The notes beneath the pieces were generated by a model. It was not told where the DNA came from. It saw only the letters and a list, made by a program, of their open reading frames with translations, and did not search any database. A DNA stretch of 64,000 nucleotides, from contig CAVSPA010000007.1 of the NCBI GenBank assembly GCA_963729715.1, positions 32,001 through 96,000 on the forward strand, written 5' to 3'. The position numbers and the translations under genes are program-made. The DNA is from an uncultured delta proteobacterium. Its GTDB lineage: Bacteria; Desulfobacterota; Syntrophia; Syntrophales; UBA2185. Of this stretch, positions 54,235 to 64,000 are shown in pieces; positions within the stretch are counted from its first letter, which is position 1, and each line of letters opens with the position of its first letter.

Positions 54235-55383
54235 CTAACTTTTCAATATCTCTCTTATGGCTTCACAAACATAGGATACATCATCATTAGACATGCCGGG
54301 AAAGAGAGGCAGGGAAATGATTCTGTCCGCTGCCCTCTCTGTGTCAGGAAGCATTCCTTTTCCTGTTGCAAATTGCTTCCTGATATAACTCAAGCGGTGA
54401 CATGCTGGGAAATGCAGACCGTAGCCGACATTATACTCGGACAGTTTTTCCATGAAGAGTTCCCGATCCATGGAGAGAACCTTCACGATGAACAGGTGCC
54501 AGGCATGAACGTGTGGATATTCAGGCATTCCGGGCAAGTCGAGGCCGCTTACATCTCTTAGCCCTTTCATATAGAGCCCTGCCAGTTCGGCCCTTCTGTG
54601 ATTGATCTCATTTAGCCTCGCGAGTTGCGCAAGCCCGAGGGCTGCCTGCATATCGGGGAGATTGTATTTGAACCCCGGGAGATTAATATCGTACTCGGGG
54701 TTTCCTCCTTTCCCGTAACGTTTCCAAGCGTCTCTCTCAATACCGTGAAATCTCAAAAGCCTTAACTTGGCTTCCAACGCATCGTCTGTGTGCGTAATCA
54801 TCCCGCCCTCACCACTGGTTATGTTCTTTATAGGATGAAAGGAAAAGATGGCTACGTGACGGAACCCTCCTGCATGGACACCCTTATAATAGGTACCGAC
54901 CGCATGGGCTGCATCTTCAATAACCGCGATATTATGGTGCTTTGCTATATCAAGAATCCTGTCCATATCGGCGGGAGCGCCCGCAAAATGAACGGGAATA
55001 ATGGCCTTTGTCTTACGGGTGATTTTCTTCTCTATTATATCCGCGTTGATGTTCAGTGTATCATAATTGACGTCTGTGAAAACTGGCCTCGCCTTGAGCA
55101 TGACAATCATATTTACGGTAGAGGCAAAGGTCATGGACGGTGTGATGATCTCATCTCCTTCCCCAATGCCTAAGGCCAGAAGCATAAGATGCATGCCGGC
55201 TGTCGCAGAAGTCAGGGAGACTGCATGTGATGCCCCGGTCAGTTCGCAGAACTTGTCCTCAAACGCCTTACACACGGGTCCGGTAGTGATCCATCCGGAT
55301 TTGAGGCAATCAATAACGCTCTCAATCTCTCTCTCGCCAATGGAGGGTCTCGACAGGGGCAGGAAATCTTTTCTGACTTTCAT
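54235..55383 (-). CDS. arnB: UDP-4-keto-arabinose aminotransferase
   Basis: SGWITTGP, SATAGMH, EDAAHA, FSFHPIKN, HAWHLF. Confidence 0.92.
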   Translation of the reverse strand: MKVRKDFLPLSRPSIGEREIESVIDCLKSGWITTGPVCKAFEDKFCELTGASHAVSLTSATAGMHLMLLALGIGEGDEIITPSMTFASTVNMIVMLKARPVFTDVNYDTLNINADIIEKKITRKTKAIIPVHFAGAPADMDRILDIAKHHNIAVIEDAAHAVGTYYKGVHAGGFRHVAIFSFHPIKNITSGEGGMITHTDDALEAKLRLLRFHGIERDAWKRYGKGGNPEYDINLPGFKYNLPDMQAALGLAQLARLNEINHRRAELAGLYMKGLRDVSGLDLPGMPEYPHVHAWHLFIVKVLSMDRELFMEKLSEYNVGYGLHFPACHRLSYIRKQFATGKGMLPDTERAADRIISLPLFPGMSNDDVSYVCEAIREILKS

Positions 55384-55393
55384 ATTCAATCAG

Positions 55394-57061
55394 TCACTCA
55401 TCTTTCAGATGCACGAGGCTATAATAACCATTATCCCACAGAACATGCAAAAAGGGTGTCTTTTTTTTCAGCTTTTCCACAATTTCGTGTTCCGTCACAC
55501 AATAGATATCCTTCTTTTCATGACAAAGGACAAAAAACATTTCAGAAGTGAGAAAATAATGATTCTTTTCCTCGAGAGTCAGTTTTTCCACGCCTGGCCT
55601 TAACTCACCAATATCATCTACTACTGGCGTTCTCCTCTTACTGTAAAAATCTATACCGTAAAGCGACATCCCGTACTGATATAGTTCGTGATCGGCGGGA
55701 ACGTAGTCTTTTATGATCCTCACAATGGGATATGCCGACTTATACGGCGTCAGGAATTGGGACGCAGGGAATATCAGGGAACTCATAAAAATAAACGAGA
55801 GCACATAAATAGTTATGAACCAGCCGCTTTGCCATTTTCTTCCGATGATCTCAGGCAGAAATATAATCGCAATCTGCACCAGGATAGGGAAGATCACCCA
55901 CGGCAGCCACGTGTGGAAAGGTGTCTCGTGGTTCTTAAGAAAGGGCGGCGCGAGGAGCACGGCGATAAAAAGGACTGATTGCAGGATTACGGGCAGACGG
56001 TTGAGAATCCCTGCATGTTTGCCATAATCGATATTTCTGCTTCGGTCGTCATATGTTCTGAAAATGTGTCCCATAAAAACAGCGATGGGCAGGAAAACTG
56101 GGGCGATATAGGGGATAAGCTTGGAGGAGGAGATAGAAAAGAATAGAAATATGAAGCCTGCCCATGTAAGCAGGAACCGCTTTTCCGCCGTGGCAAAAAG
56201 AGTAAAGAGTTTAGCGCCGCCTTCTTTAACGGCCTTGAAGAGAAAAGCCCACCAGGGCATTGCACCTGCGATGATGATAGGAACGTAAAAATAGAAAGGC
56301 TCGTTTCTCGAGTGCATGGTCGTGGTATATCGAAGGAAATGTTCCTGAACGAAAAAAAACCACAGGAAGTCCTTATTTGCCCTTTGCACAAGGAATAACC
56401 AGGGCCCGGCAACAGCCAAGAAGATTACGATACCCGCCAGTGAGAACAATCGCAGTATTTCGCGCCACCTTCCGGATAACACAAGCCATATTATGACGAT
56501 CGCAGAAGGAAAGACTATCCCGATCAAACCTTTTGTAAGAAAGGCCAGAGCGCAGAAGAGATAGAAGAGATAGATATTTTTTTTCCCGTACGCGCGATCT
56601 GAAAAATATCTGAAGCCAAACCATACGGCAACGGAGACAAAGAATGCGAGAGGCATGTCGAGGATATTAAGGCGTCCGATGGCAAAAGGAAATAAGGAAG
56701 TCGCCAAGACGGCAGCCGCATAAAAACCCGTTTTTTCGCCGTGAAAGAAAGCGCCCATTCTATAAACGAGGAGGATACACCCCCATGCGCAAAGCGCGGA
56801 AAAGAGCCTTGATGAGAATTCATTCTCGCCGAATATCTTGAATGACGTGGCCGTAGCCCAGTAGCACAGCGGCGGCTTTTCGAGGTAGACGGTTCCTTTT
56901 AGATGCGGCGTCACATAATCTCCCGAATGGTTCATTTCACTGGGGACAGCGCTGTAACGCCCTTCATCCGGCTCCATCAAAGGCACAACCGCAAGGAGTG
57001 CCAAATAAATAATGAAGGGCAGGAAGAAAAAAATGATTTTTTTATTTTTGGCCCAATCCAT
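55394..57061 (-). CDS. arnT: L-Ara4N lipid A transferase (ArnT, GT83)
   Basis: PDEGRY, YLEKPPL, LTKG, EH..R, SKL.PY; many TM helices; first gene of the arn cluster. Confidence 0.88.
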   Translation of the reverse strand: MDWAKNKKIIFFFLPFIIYLALLAVVPLMEPDEGRYSAVPSEMNHSGDYVTPHLKGTVYLEKPPLCYWATATSFKIFGENEFSSRLFSALCAWGCILLVYRMGAFFHGEKTGFYAAAVLATSLFPFAIGRLNILDMPLAFFVSVAVWFGFRYFSDRAYGKKNIYLFYLFCALAFLTKGLIGIVFPSAIVIIWLVLSGRWREILRLFSLAGIVIFLAVAGPWLFLVQRANKDFLWFFFVQEHFLRYTTTMHSRNEPFYFYVPIIIAGAMPWWAFLFKAVKEGGAKLFTLFATAEKRFLLTWAGFIFLFFSISSSKLIPYIAPVFLPIAVFMGHIFRTYDDRSRNIDYGKHAGILNRLPVILQSVLFIAVLLAPPFLKNHETPFHTWLPWVIFPILVQIAIIFLPEIIGRKWQSGWFITIYVLSFIFMSSLIFPASQFLTPYKSAYPIVRIIKDYVPADHELYQYGMSLYGIDFYSKRRTPVVDDIGELRPGVEKLTLEEKNHYFLTSEMFFVLCHEKKDIYCVTEHEIVEKLKKKTPFLHVLWDNGYYSLVHLKDE

Positions 57062-57088
57062 AAGCTGTCAGATACTTTCCTCTTTCGG

Positions 57089-57141
57089 ATTGAATTCGGT
57101 GGCGAGCGCAAACACCCTCGCTTGCTGCGGAGAGCTTCAAT
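57089..57141. repeat. Small palindromic (REP/MITE-like) element
   Basis: ATTGAA...TTCAAT terminal inverted repeat enclosing a GCGAG/CTCGC stem; single copy in this window. Confidence 0.4.
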
Positions 57142-57474
57142 TTAGTAGTTTAAGGTTCTCCCTATTGTCAAGACAAAAAATTACAAATATCCGAAATACG
57201 TGGCCTGGTGTGCCGGCGCGGGTTCTAGTGTGACGTCTCACTTATAATTTGTATTTATTGTAATAGTAGCCAGCAGATATCATTCGGCAATTGCCGTATA
57301 ACTAATTAAACTTATTTCTGGGACAAAACACTAGTTAGGCTCAGCTTGGCTGCTCTCAGGATAATTTGATGGCGAAGATCAAGTCTAATGTTTGCTGTTT
57401 GTTCTTATTGTCTGATATCGCTCTCATCATGGATGATCTGCCGTCCTGCAAAGCCCGTCATTGCCTCTTTACGA

Positions 57475-57503
57475 TTGACACGCAAACATATTTACCCTAT
57501 GTT
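57475..57503 (+). promoter_or_regulatory. sigma70 promoter upstream of the mltB-like gene
   Basis: TTGACA-17 bp-TATGTT. Confidence 0.6.
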
Positions 57504-57721
57504 GTTCCCATAGAAGATATTGCGCTGTCTTGATATTTCCCCTAGTCATGGCAGTGACTGGCCGCTCGCTCCCACGGCTGCGTATCATGAGTTTGTAACG
57601 AGAATTGTCCCCGAGAAGCATCTGGAGGAGGTTTGGGGGGGAAATGCCTCTAATATTTTTACGAGACTTCCGCAAAACAATAAAGATAATGTTTCAGCAA
57701 ATCGATTTGATGAGGTTTGAC

Positions 57722-58615
57722 ATGGCCCGGCGCTTAAATTTCTCTATGCTCGCCTCCATTTTTTCTCTTTCGCTCTTCATCCTGCCCTCGTCGTCGTTTG
57801 CGGACTGGACGCCGCTCATTGAACGCCTCGCAGCCGATAATTTCGACGAACAAGTCATAAGAAGAATATTTGACCGCCCAGGCGTAAACTTTGATCCCAG
57901 CGCTATGTCATGCAAGCTGAAGGAGCTCATAAACAAACGGTACAAGAAACAGGATGCTGTTTCCGCCCGCAAAGTCAGGGCTGCATACGCTCGCTTTTTG
58001 AGACCGGAAGTCATTGCCGAAGCGCAAACCTATTTACAGAGGAACAGAGACACTTTGCAGGGAATAACGGAGAACTACTGTGTCCCCAAAGAGATTGTCG
58101 TATCAATACTGCTCGTAGAAACCGGGCTCGGCCGGCATCTCGGTGATCGGAGCGCCTTCAATACGCTGGCAAGTATGGCGCTGTCTTCCGATCTCGAAAC
58201 TATCCGTCCCTATCTTGCGCCTGACCTAGTTACCCGGAGGAGTGAGGAATTTGCAAGGAAACGCTGCCGCCAGAAGGCTGATTGGGCTTACGGAGAACTC
58301 AAGGCCCTGATCAGATATGCCTCGGAAAACGGCATCGACCCCCTCAGTATCCCGGGTTCACTCTATGGCGCAATCGGGATCTGCCAGTTCATGCCGACAC
58401 AGATCTCCGTCTATGGAGTCGATGCCGATAGGGACGGTCGCGTAAACCTCTTTGCGGAACCGGATGCGCTTTACAGCATGGCAAATTACCTTCGCTCCCA
58501 CGGTTGGCGCTGTGACATGAGCGCGAAAAGGCAGCATCGGGTAATCCTCGCTTACAACCACAGTAAGATCTATGCCGATACCGTCCTTACTGTGGCGAAG
58601 AAACTGAGGAAGTAA
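57722..58615 (+). CDS. mltB: Lytic murein transglycosylase (MltB/SLT_2 family)
   Basis: Signal peptide ending SFA; VETGLG, GS..GAIGICQFMP, DADRDG, SMANYL..HGW, YNHS..Y; start uncertain (GAGG before 57722). Confidence 0.88.
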   Translation: MARRLNFSMLASIFSLSLFILPSSSFADWTPLIERLAADNFDEQVIRRIFDRPGVNFDPSAMSCKLKELINKRYKKQDAVSARKVRAAYARFLRPEVIAEAQTYLQRNRDTLQGITENYCVPKEIVVSILLVETGLGRHLGDRSAFNTLASMALSSDLETIRPYLAPDLVTRRSEEFARKRCRQKADWAYGELKALIRYASENGIDPLSIPGSLYGAIGICQFMPTQISVYGVDADRDGRVNLFAEPDALYSMANYLRSHGWRCDMSAKRQHRVILAYNHSKIYADTVLTVAKKLRK

Positions 58616-58747
58616 GGTTGAAACGGCTCGGCCGCAGCCGGAATTGATAGGTGTCATTTAGATGGATATTTTAGAGTAACTCTCAGGGTTTCCCGAGAAG
58701 GAGAAAAGAAATGAAATTGGTTTTAATAAGAAGCCGCGCGCGTTATC

Positions 58748-60148
58748 TTATACCTTGAAGGCATCAGGAATTTTTACGGGGACATCTATAGGTCTTATAT
58801 ACTTGGCGACAATATTAGAAGTATTCTTGACGTTCAGCTTTTCAAACAAAAAAGCGAATTGGTTTTCCAACTCCTGACCTATGGCATGGAGCGCCCCTTT
58901 CGGGAGATTCCAAAGCTCCTTCTTAAAAGGACCTAACCCCTTTTTTCTTGTTTTGTAGATAAACTGCTCTTCCGTATCCGTGTCCTTCTTTTCGCCTATC
59001 ATTTTGGATTTTATGTATTCATATATCTCGTCCCTGAGGGCTGCCGGGAAGTGTTTGCTTTCGTAAATCATATTTTGAAACCCTGTCGCCAGATGGATTT
59101 CGGCTGTGCCCGTTTTGGGAAATTTATCGAAGGCCTCGTTGGGGAGCGTCGATGCGCCGTGCTGAACCGCTCCGGCAAGGCCAAACTCCGTCCTCGCAAC
59201 CTCGGATAATTTTTCGAGGGTATTGAAGTCCAGCTTGACCTTGGCGATAGTCCCGTCAGGCAGAGGAACGCCTCCATGCGTGGTGCCGGACTGCACGCTG
59301 ATCTTGCTGATGCCTTTCATATCGCCCCCGTCACTCTTTAGCTCTTCGAGATAGCCTGCCATATAGGCCCGCAGCTCTTCAACAGTGCTGTTCTTTCCGC
59401 CAACTTCACCGATCTCACCACCCACCGAGATCGTCACGCCCGCAGGCTCCAGATCCCGGATCATGGTAGTCAGCTCTGCCGCGAGAGAGAAATTCGCCTC
59501 CTGCTGTTCTTCCACCGTCCGTTTTGACAGGTCTACAAGCGTTGAGGTATCGATATCGATATTGTAGAACCCCGCCTCGATGGCTTCCCAGATCAGGTCT
59601 TTGACCGCCTGCACTTCTTTCCCGGGATCGGATGCAAACTTTTTCGCGTTTACCTGAAAATGATCTCCCTGCAGAAAGAGAGGGCCCTTGTATCCCGTTT
59701 CGATTGCTGCGGCTGTTATCGCTGATGTATATTCGTAAGGACGCTGGGCGGTGTAATCAATTTCAGAACGGGCGATTTCAAAAATTACGGGGCCTACCCT
59801 GTTCTTCATGGCAGCGCGGAAGACAGCCCGGGCGACGTCGTACGTGAGGGCCCGGATGTTGATGGCAGGCACCGTGAAACCCGTCACCTCCTTGCGCCCC
59901 ATTGCCTCATAGAGAGGCATTATGGATGTCGATAAAATACCCATGGCCGCTCCGATCCTTCGTATCAACCACCTTGCCGCTTTTCTAGTATCATCCCGAG
60001 AGCTGAAGACCGCCGTAAATACAAGATGGTCAATGAGAGAATCACGGAGACTTCTCCCATCCAGCACCCTGACATCACCGTCCGAAATTGTGAGCACACC
60101 TTCCAAACCTTTTTTCAATTGATCTATAGTTTCGTAGGTCGTTGCCAT
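58748..60148 (-). CDS. Class II fructose-bisphosphate aldolase-like protein with N-terminal extension
   Basis: [27 protein letters not shown] metal and phosphate motifs; immediately downstream of fbp. Confidence 0.82.
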   Translation of the reverse strand: MATTYETIDQLKKGLEGVLTISDGDVRVLDGRSLRDSLIDHLVFTAVFSSRDDTRKAARWLIRRIGAAMGILSTSIMPLYEAMGRKEVTGFTVPAINIRALTYDVARAVFRAAMKNRVGPVIFEIARSEIDYTAQRPYEYTSAITAAAIETGYKGPLFLQGDHFQVNAKKFASDPGKEVQAVKDLIWEAIEAGFYNIDIDTSTLVDLSKRTVEEQQEANFSLAAELTTMIRDLEPAGVTISVGGEIGEVGGKNSTVEELRAYMAGYLEELKSDGGDMKGISKISVQSGTTHGGVPLPDGTIAKVKLDFNTLEKLSEVARTEFGLAGAVQHGASTLPNEAFDKFPKTGTAEIHLATGFQNMIYESKHFPAALRDEIYEYIKSKMIGEKKDTDTEEQFIYKTRKKGLGPFKKELWNLPKGALHAIGQELENQFAFLFEKLNVKNTSNIVAKYIRPIDVPVKIPDAFKV

Positions 60149-60163
60149 AGCTCTCGCCCTCCA

Positions 60164-61105
60164 TCAGCCGCTAGCAAGATATTCCTTTGCCTTTTCCACC
60201 TCGAAACGGCTCCCGATGTAGATCGGGCAACGCTGATCCAGGTCTCCCGCCTTGATGGACAGTATATCCCTTTTGCCGTCTGTGGCCATGCCGCCCGCCT
60301 GTTCAATGATGAATGCCATGGGCTGCAGCTCAAACAGAAGTCGCAATTTCCCGTTCGGGCTCTTCTTGAGTGCAGGATATGTGAAGATGCCTCCTCTTTT
60401 TATCAGCACCTGATTTATGTCCGGCACAAACCCTCCGCTGTAACGGAGTTTATACCCTTCCCTCTCGAGGAACTCTATGTACTTGAGGTGGGCCGGGGTC
60501 CATTCTTTTCTCAGCCCTCCGAGGCTGTATATGTCTCCCCGCTCCTTCAAGATTATGTTTTCTTCAGAGAGGACGTATTCGCCTTCCCTGTTCAATACGA
60601 ATTCATGGGTTCCCTTTCCCGCGGAATAGACCATCGTAATCAGAGGGCCATATGTAATATACACGGCCGCTGCCATTGTTTTTTTCCCTTCGGCCAGTAT
60701 GGACTCCTTGTGGATGCCGATTATGGTCCCTATGGCCAGATTGGTATCTACCAGAGATGAGCCGTCAAGCGGGTCGGCCGTAATAAAATATTTCTCATCA
60801 CCTTTTCCGATCTGTATGACTGAATCCTGCTCCTCCGAGGCATACTCCCGGACGAACCCCGAATACTCGAGCTGGTTCTTGAGAATCTCGTCGGCGCTTC
60901 TGTCGAGAGTGAGCTGCTCTTCGTCATAGATATTTTTGAATCCGGCGAGCTTCCGGTTTGACTCATGAATTTTGGCGGAAATGTATTTCCCCATAACTGC
61001 GATCTGCCATATGAGCCTGCGCAACTCCATTTCCACGCTCGCCTTCCACATATGTCTGCGGAGATCCACAGTAAATTTCGTATAATCCGAAATGCCCTCA
61101 CCCAT
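60164..61105 (-). CDS. fbp: Fructose-1,6-bisphosphatase class 1
   Basis: ASEE, DPLDGSS, YGP, RYSG..V.D, GKLRLLFE. Confidence 0.95.
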   Translation of the reverse strand: MGEGISDYTKFTVDLRRHMWKASVEMELRRLIWQIAVMGKYISAKIHESNRKLAGFKNIYDEEQLTLDRSADEILKNQLEYSGFVREYASEEQDSVIQIGKGDEKYFITADPLDGSSLVDTNLAIGTIIGIHKESILAEGKKTMAAAVYITYGPLITMVYSAGKGTHEFVLNREGEYVLSEENIILKERGDIYSLGGLRKEWTPAHLKYIEFLEREGYKLRYSGGFVPDINQVLIKRGGIFTYPALKKSPNGKLRLLFELQPMAFIIEQAGGMATDGKRDILSIKAGDLDQRCPIYIGSRFEVEKAKEYLASG

Positions 61106-61265
61106 GATCGTCCATCCTTCTCATATTTTTGTTTTTTGTAACAATAAATCATTCACTTGACAAGTACATTTTCAAGGCTCCTGCCCTGCATTTCAGACGA
61201 AACAAATTGTAACTACGGGCCGGATATGTTATTCTGTTCGGAGACGTAATGTGAGGAGATGATCC

Positions 61266-61823
61266 ATGATTACGAAAGAAGATGCGGTTGCATTGCTCTG
61301 TCAATACATTAAGAATGAGAGGAGCTTATATCATTGCTATGCCGCAGAGGCGGTCATGAGGGCATTGGCGCGCCGGTTGGGACAAGATGAGGAGAAATGG
61401 GGCATCGCAGGATTGCTCCATGATCTGGATTTGGAGATGATTGACGGCAAACTAACAGTCCATACGCATGAAACCGCAAAGATCCTCGCTGAGATAGGCG
61501 TCGATCCGGAGATTATCGACGCCATTAAGATGCACAATGAAGATGCCTGGGGCGTGAAGAGGAATACCGTATTCCATCACGCTCTCGCGGCAGGCGAGAC
61601 CCTCACCGGCATGATCGCCGCTACGGCCCTCGTTTATCCAGATAAGAAACTGGCGAGTGTGAAGGCGAAATCAGTTACCAAGAGAATGAAGGAAAAGGCC
61701 TTTGCGGCATCCGTCAATCGGGATACGATCATGGAATGTGAGAAGCTCGGTATTCCGTTGGCCGAATTTGCGGAGATTTGTCTTGGAGCAATGAAAGAGA
61801 TCAGCGACCGTTTGGGATTATAA
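61266..61823 (+). CDS. HD/HDIG-domain metal-dependent hydrolase
   Basis: GLLHDLD, H...H, KSV.KRMKEKAFAASVNR. Confidence 0.85.
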   Translation: MITKEDAVALLCQYIKNERSLYHCYAAEAVMRALARRLGQDEEKWGIAGLLHDLDLEMIDGKLTVHTHETAKILAEIGVDPEIIDAIKMHNEDAWGVKRNTVFHHALAAGETLTGMIAATALVYPDKKLASVKAKSVTKRMKEKAFAASVNRDTIMECEKLGIPLAEFAEICLGAMKEISDRLGL

Positions 61824-61850
61824 TCAAACTATCCGTGGGAGGAAAATGTA

Positions 61851-62909
61851 ATGGGTAAGTCATACAGAGTCGCCGTAGTTCCGGGTGATGGAACAGGACC
61901 CGAGGTAATCGCAGAAGGATTGAAGGTACTCAAGGCTGCGTCCGCAAAGTATGGTTTCAAACTGGACCTGTCCCATTATGATTTGGGAGGCGAGCGATAT
62001 AAGCGCACCGGTGAGATATTGAGCGATGAAACCATAGAAGAGCTGAGAAAATTCGATGCAATCTATCTCGGCGCCATCGGCCATCCCGATGTAAAAGCGG
62101 GCATCCTCGAGAAGGGTATCCTCCTTAAACTTCGCTTCGCCCTTGATCAATACATAAATCTAAGGCCCGTTAAGCTCTATGCCGGCGTCGATACGCCTCT
62201 CAAAGACAAGAAACCTGAGGATATAGATTTCGTTGTCGTCAGGGAAAATACCGAAGGCCTTTATGCGGGCGCGGGCGGGTTCTTGAAGAGAGGCACTGCA
62301 GACGAGATTGCGACTCAGGAATCCATCAACACGCGCAAGGGAGTGGAGCGCTGCATAAGGTTTGCCTTCGAGTGCTGCCGCAAACGCAATAAGGCAAAGA
62401 AGCTGACGCTATGCGGAAAGACCAACGTGCTGACATATGCCTTCGACCTGTGGGAGAGGACATTCTACGAAGTGGCCGGAGAATATCCCGATATTAAAAC
62501 CGAATACGCCCATGTGGATGCGACCTGTATGTGGATGGTGAAGAATCCCGAATGGTTCGACGTGATTGTGACGGACAACCTGTTCGGCGACATCATCACC
62601 GATCTGGGAGCGATGATCCAAGGAGGCATGGGCATAGCCGCGGGCGGCAATATAAATCCGGAGGGCGTTTCGATGTTTGAACCCATAGGCGGCTCTGCGC
62701 CAAAGTACACGGGGCTGAACGTGGTCAATCCGCTTGCCGCCATTATGGCCGGGCAGATGATGCTGGAGATATTGGGAGAAGAGACTGCGGCCCTTGCCAT
62801 CGAAAAAGCCGTAATGAAGATTGTAGCAGAGAAAGTTAAAAGCATGTCCGCCGGAAAGCTGGGTTATTCGACAAGCGAGGTGGGCAGCCTCGTGGCCGGC
62901 TTGATTTAG
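61851..62909 (+). CDS. leuB: 3-isopropylmalate dehydrogenase
   Basis: GDGTGPEV, NLRP, RENTEG.Y, NLFGDIITD, EPIGGSAPK. Confidence 0.9.
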   Translation: MGKSYRVAVVPGDGTGPEVIAEGLKVLKAASAKYGFKLDLSHYDLGGERYKRTGEILSDETIEELRKFDAIYLGAIGHPDVKAGILEKGILLKLRFALDQYINLRPVKLYAGVDTPLKDKKPEDIDFVVVRENTEGLYAGAGGFLKRGTADEIATQESINTRKGVERCIRFAFECCRKRNKAKKLTLCGKTNVLTYAFDLWERTFYEVAGEYPDIKTEYAHVDATCMWMVKNPEWFDVIVTDNLFGDIITDLGAMIQGGMGIAAGGNINPEGVSMFEPIGGSAPKYTGLNVVNPLAAIMAGQMMLEILGEETAALAIEKAVMKIVAEKVKSMSAGKLGYSTSEVGSLVAGLI

Positions 62910-62929
62910 GCACCGGCAAAAATTTTAGT

Positions 62930-64000
62930 TCACATAACACCGTACTTCTTCAGTTTCAGGTGCAGTGTCCGCCGGGTGATGCCGAGCCGTCTGGCTGCTT
63001 CGCTTTTGTTTCCCCCGGCCGTTTCCAGGGCCTTCAGGATCGTTTCCTTTTCTACAGATTCGAGAGACGGCTCTCCCGCTTCGGTCTGCTGAACCGACAT
63101 TTCGCCCTCTTGCAGCTCTTTCCGTAAGACAAGGGCGAATTCCTCTTCACCGAGGTATTCCGACCGCGATAGCACAACTGCCCGTTCAACGGCATTCATG
63201 AGTTCCCGTACGTTACCCGGCCAATTGTGCTTCAGGAGTCGATCCATGGCCTGAGGGGTGAACCCTTTGATGACTTTGCGATTCTTCTTGGCAAACAAGG
63301 TGAGAAAGTGCCGGGCAATGAGCGGTATATCTTCCCTCCGTTCCCTGAGCGGCGGAACATTGAGCGTCACTACATTCAGACGGTAATAAAGGTCATCTCG
63401 GAAACGCCTCTCCCCAATTTCGCGCATGAGGTCTTTGTTGGTGGCGGCGATAACCCGCACGTCCACCTTGATGACATCATCTCCGCCCACACGGGTGATT
63501 TCCCTCTCCTGCAAAACGCGCAATAGCTTGACCTGCATGGCAGGAGACATCTCGCTTACTTCATCGAGGAAAAGAGTCCCTCCCTCGGCCTGACGAAATT
63601 TTCCTTCCTTCCTTCTTTCGGCGCCGGTAAAGGCGCCTTTTTCATGGCCGAAAAGCTCGGATTCAAGAAGCGTTTCCGTGATCGCGGCGCAATTGATTTT
63701 CACGAAAGGGCCGTTTTTCCGGAGGCTGTTGAAATGGATGGCTCCCGCAATCATTTCTTTTCCTGTTCCGGACTCGCCGGTAATCAGAACGGTTGCCTCG
63801 GAAGGCGCAACCTGAACCATGGTTTCGATGAGCTTCGTCATGGCCGGACTGTGCCCGATCAGGTTTTGACTGTTAAATTGACCGGCAAGACTCTCCCGCA
63901 GGTGGCGGTTCTCTTCCCTCAGCTGGCTGTGTTCCATAGACCGTTCGATGGTCAGTTTCAGTTCGTCAAAATCAAGAGGCTTGGTGAGATAATCGTAGGC
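62930..64000 (-). CDS. NtrC/ZraR-family sigma54-dependent response regulator (5' end beyond the window)
   Basis: Frame is open to 64000 (AYDYLTKP, end of the receiver domain); GESGTGKE, GAFTGA, LFLDE, WPGNVREL, Fis-type HTH. Confidence 0.95.
   Translation of the reverse strand, partial: AYDYLTKPLDFDELKLTIERSMEHSQLREENRHLRESLAGQFNSQNLIGHSPAMTKLIETMVQVAPSEATVLITGESGTGKEMIAGAIHFNSLRKNGPFVKINCAAITETLLESELFGHEKGAFTGAERRKEGKFRQAEGGTLFLDEVSEMSPAMQVKLLRVLQEREITRVGGDDVIKVDVRVIAATNKDLMREIGERRFRDDLYYRLNVVTLNVPPLRERREDIPLIARHFLTLFAKKNRKVIKGFTPQAMDRLLKHNWPGNVRELMNAVERAVVLSRSEYLGEEEFALVLRKELQEGEMSVQQTEAGEPSLESVEKETILKALETAGGNKSEAARRLGITRRTLHLKLKKYGVM

Overview
Core chromosomal region of an anaerobic Gram-negative bacterium, most likely Desulfobacterota (Deltaproteobacteria, Syntrophales-like; inferred from gene content). 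Positions 1-22 kb (minus strand) form one translation/transcription super-operon: tRNA Thr-Tyr-Gly-Thr, rpmG, tRNA-Trp, secE, nusG, rplKAJL with an L10 leader, rpoBC, rpsLG, fusA, tuf and the S10 genes up to rpmC. Next come AmmeMemoRadiSam A/B, a cysteine synthase-CysRS fusion, DUF1178, tRNA-Pro, and a minus-strand block transcribed hldA, DUF4416, yicC, gmk, rpoZ, pyrF, rlmB, pilC. The rest holds plsC-ftsK-rimO, a group 1b [NiFe]-hydrogenase operon with hypA/C/B, a large kinase-like membrane protein, a two-component system divergent from a B12 radical SAM gene, an L-Ara4N (arn) operon, mltB, fbp with a class II aldolase, an HDIG protein, leuB and a truncated sigma54 activator. The three most unusual signals are: (1) a PLP cysteine-synthase domain fused to a CysRS with a remodelled active site but an intact anticodon domain; (2) an EF-Tu with three substitutions in the amino-acid-binding pocket, with no tuf copy at the usual tufB position; (3) an about 830-aa membrane protein with an atypical protein-kinase-like fold lacking the catalytic Asp. 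No CRISPR array, transposase or prophage was seen.
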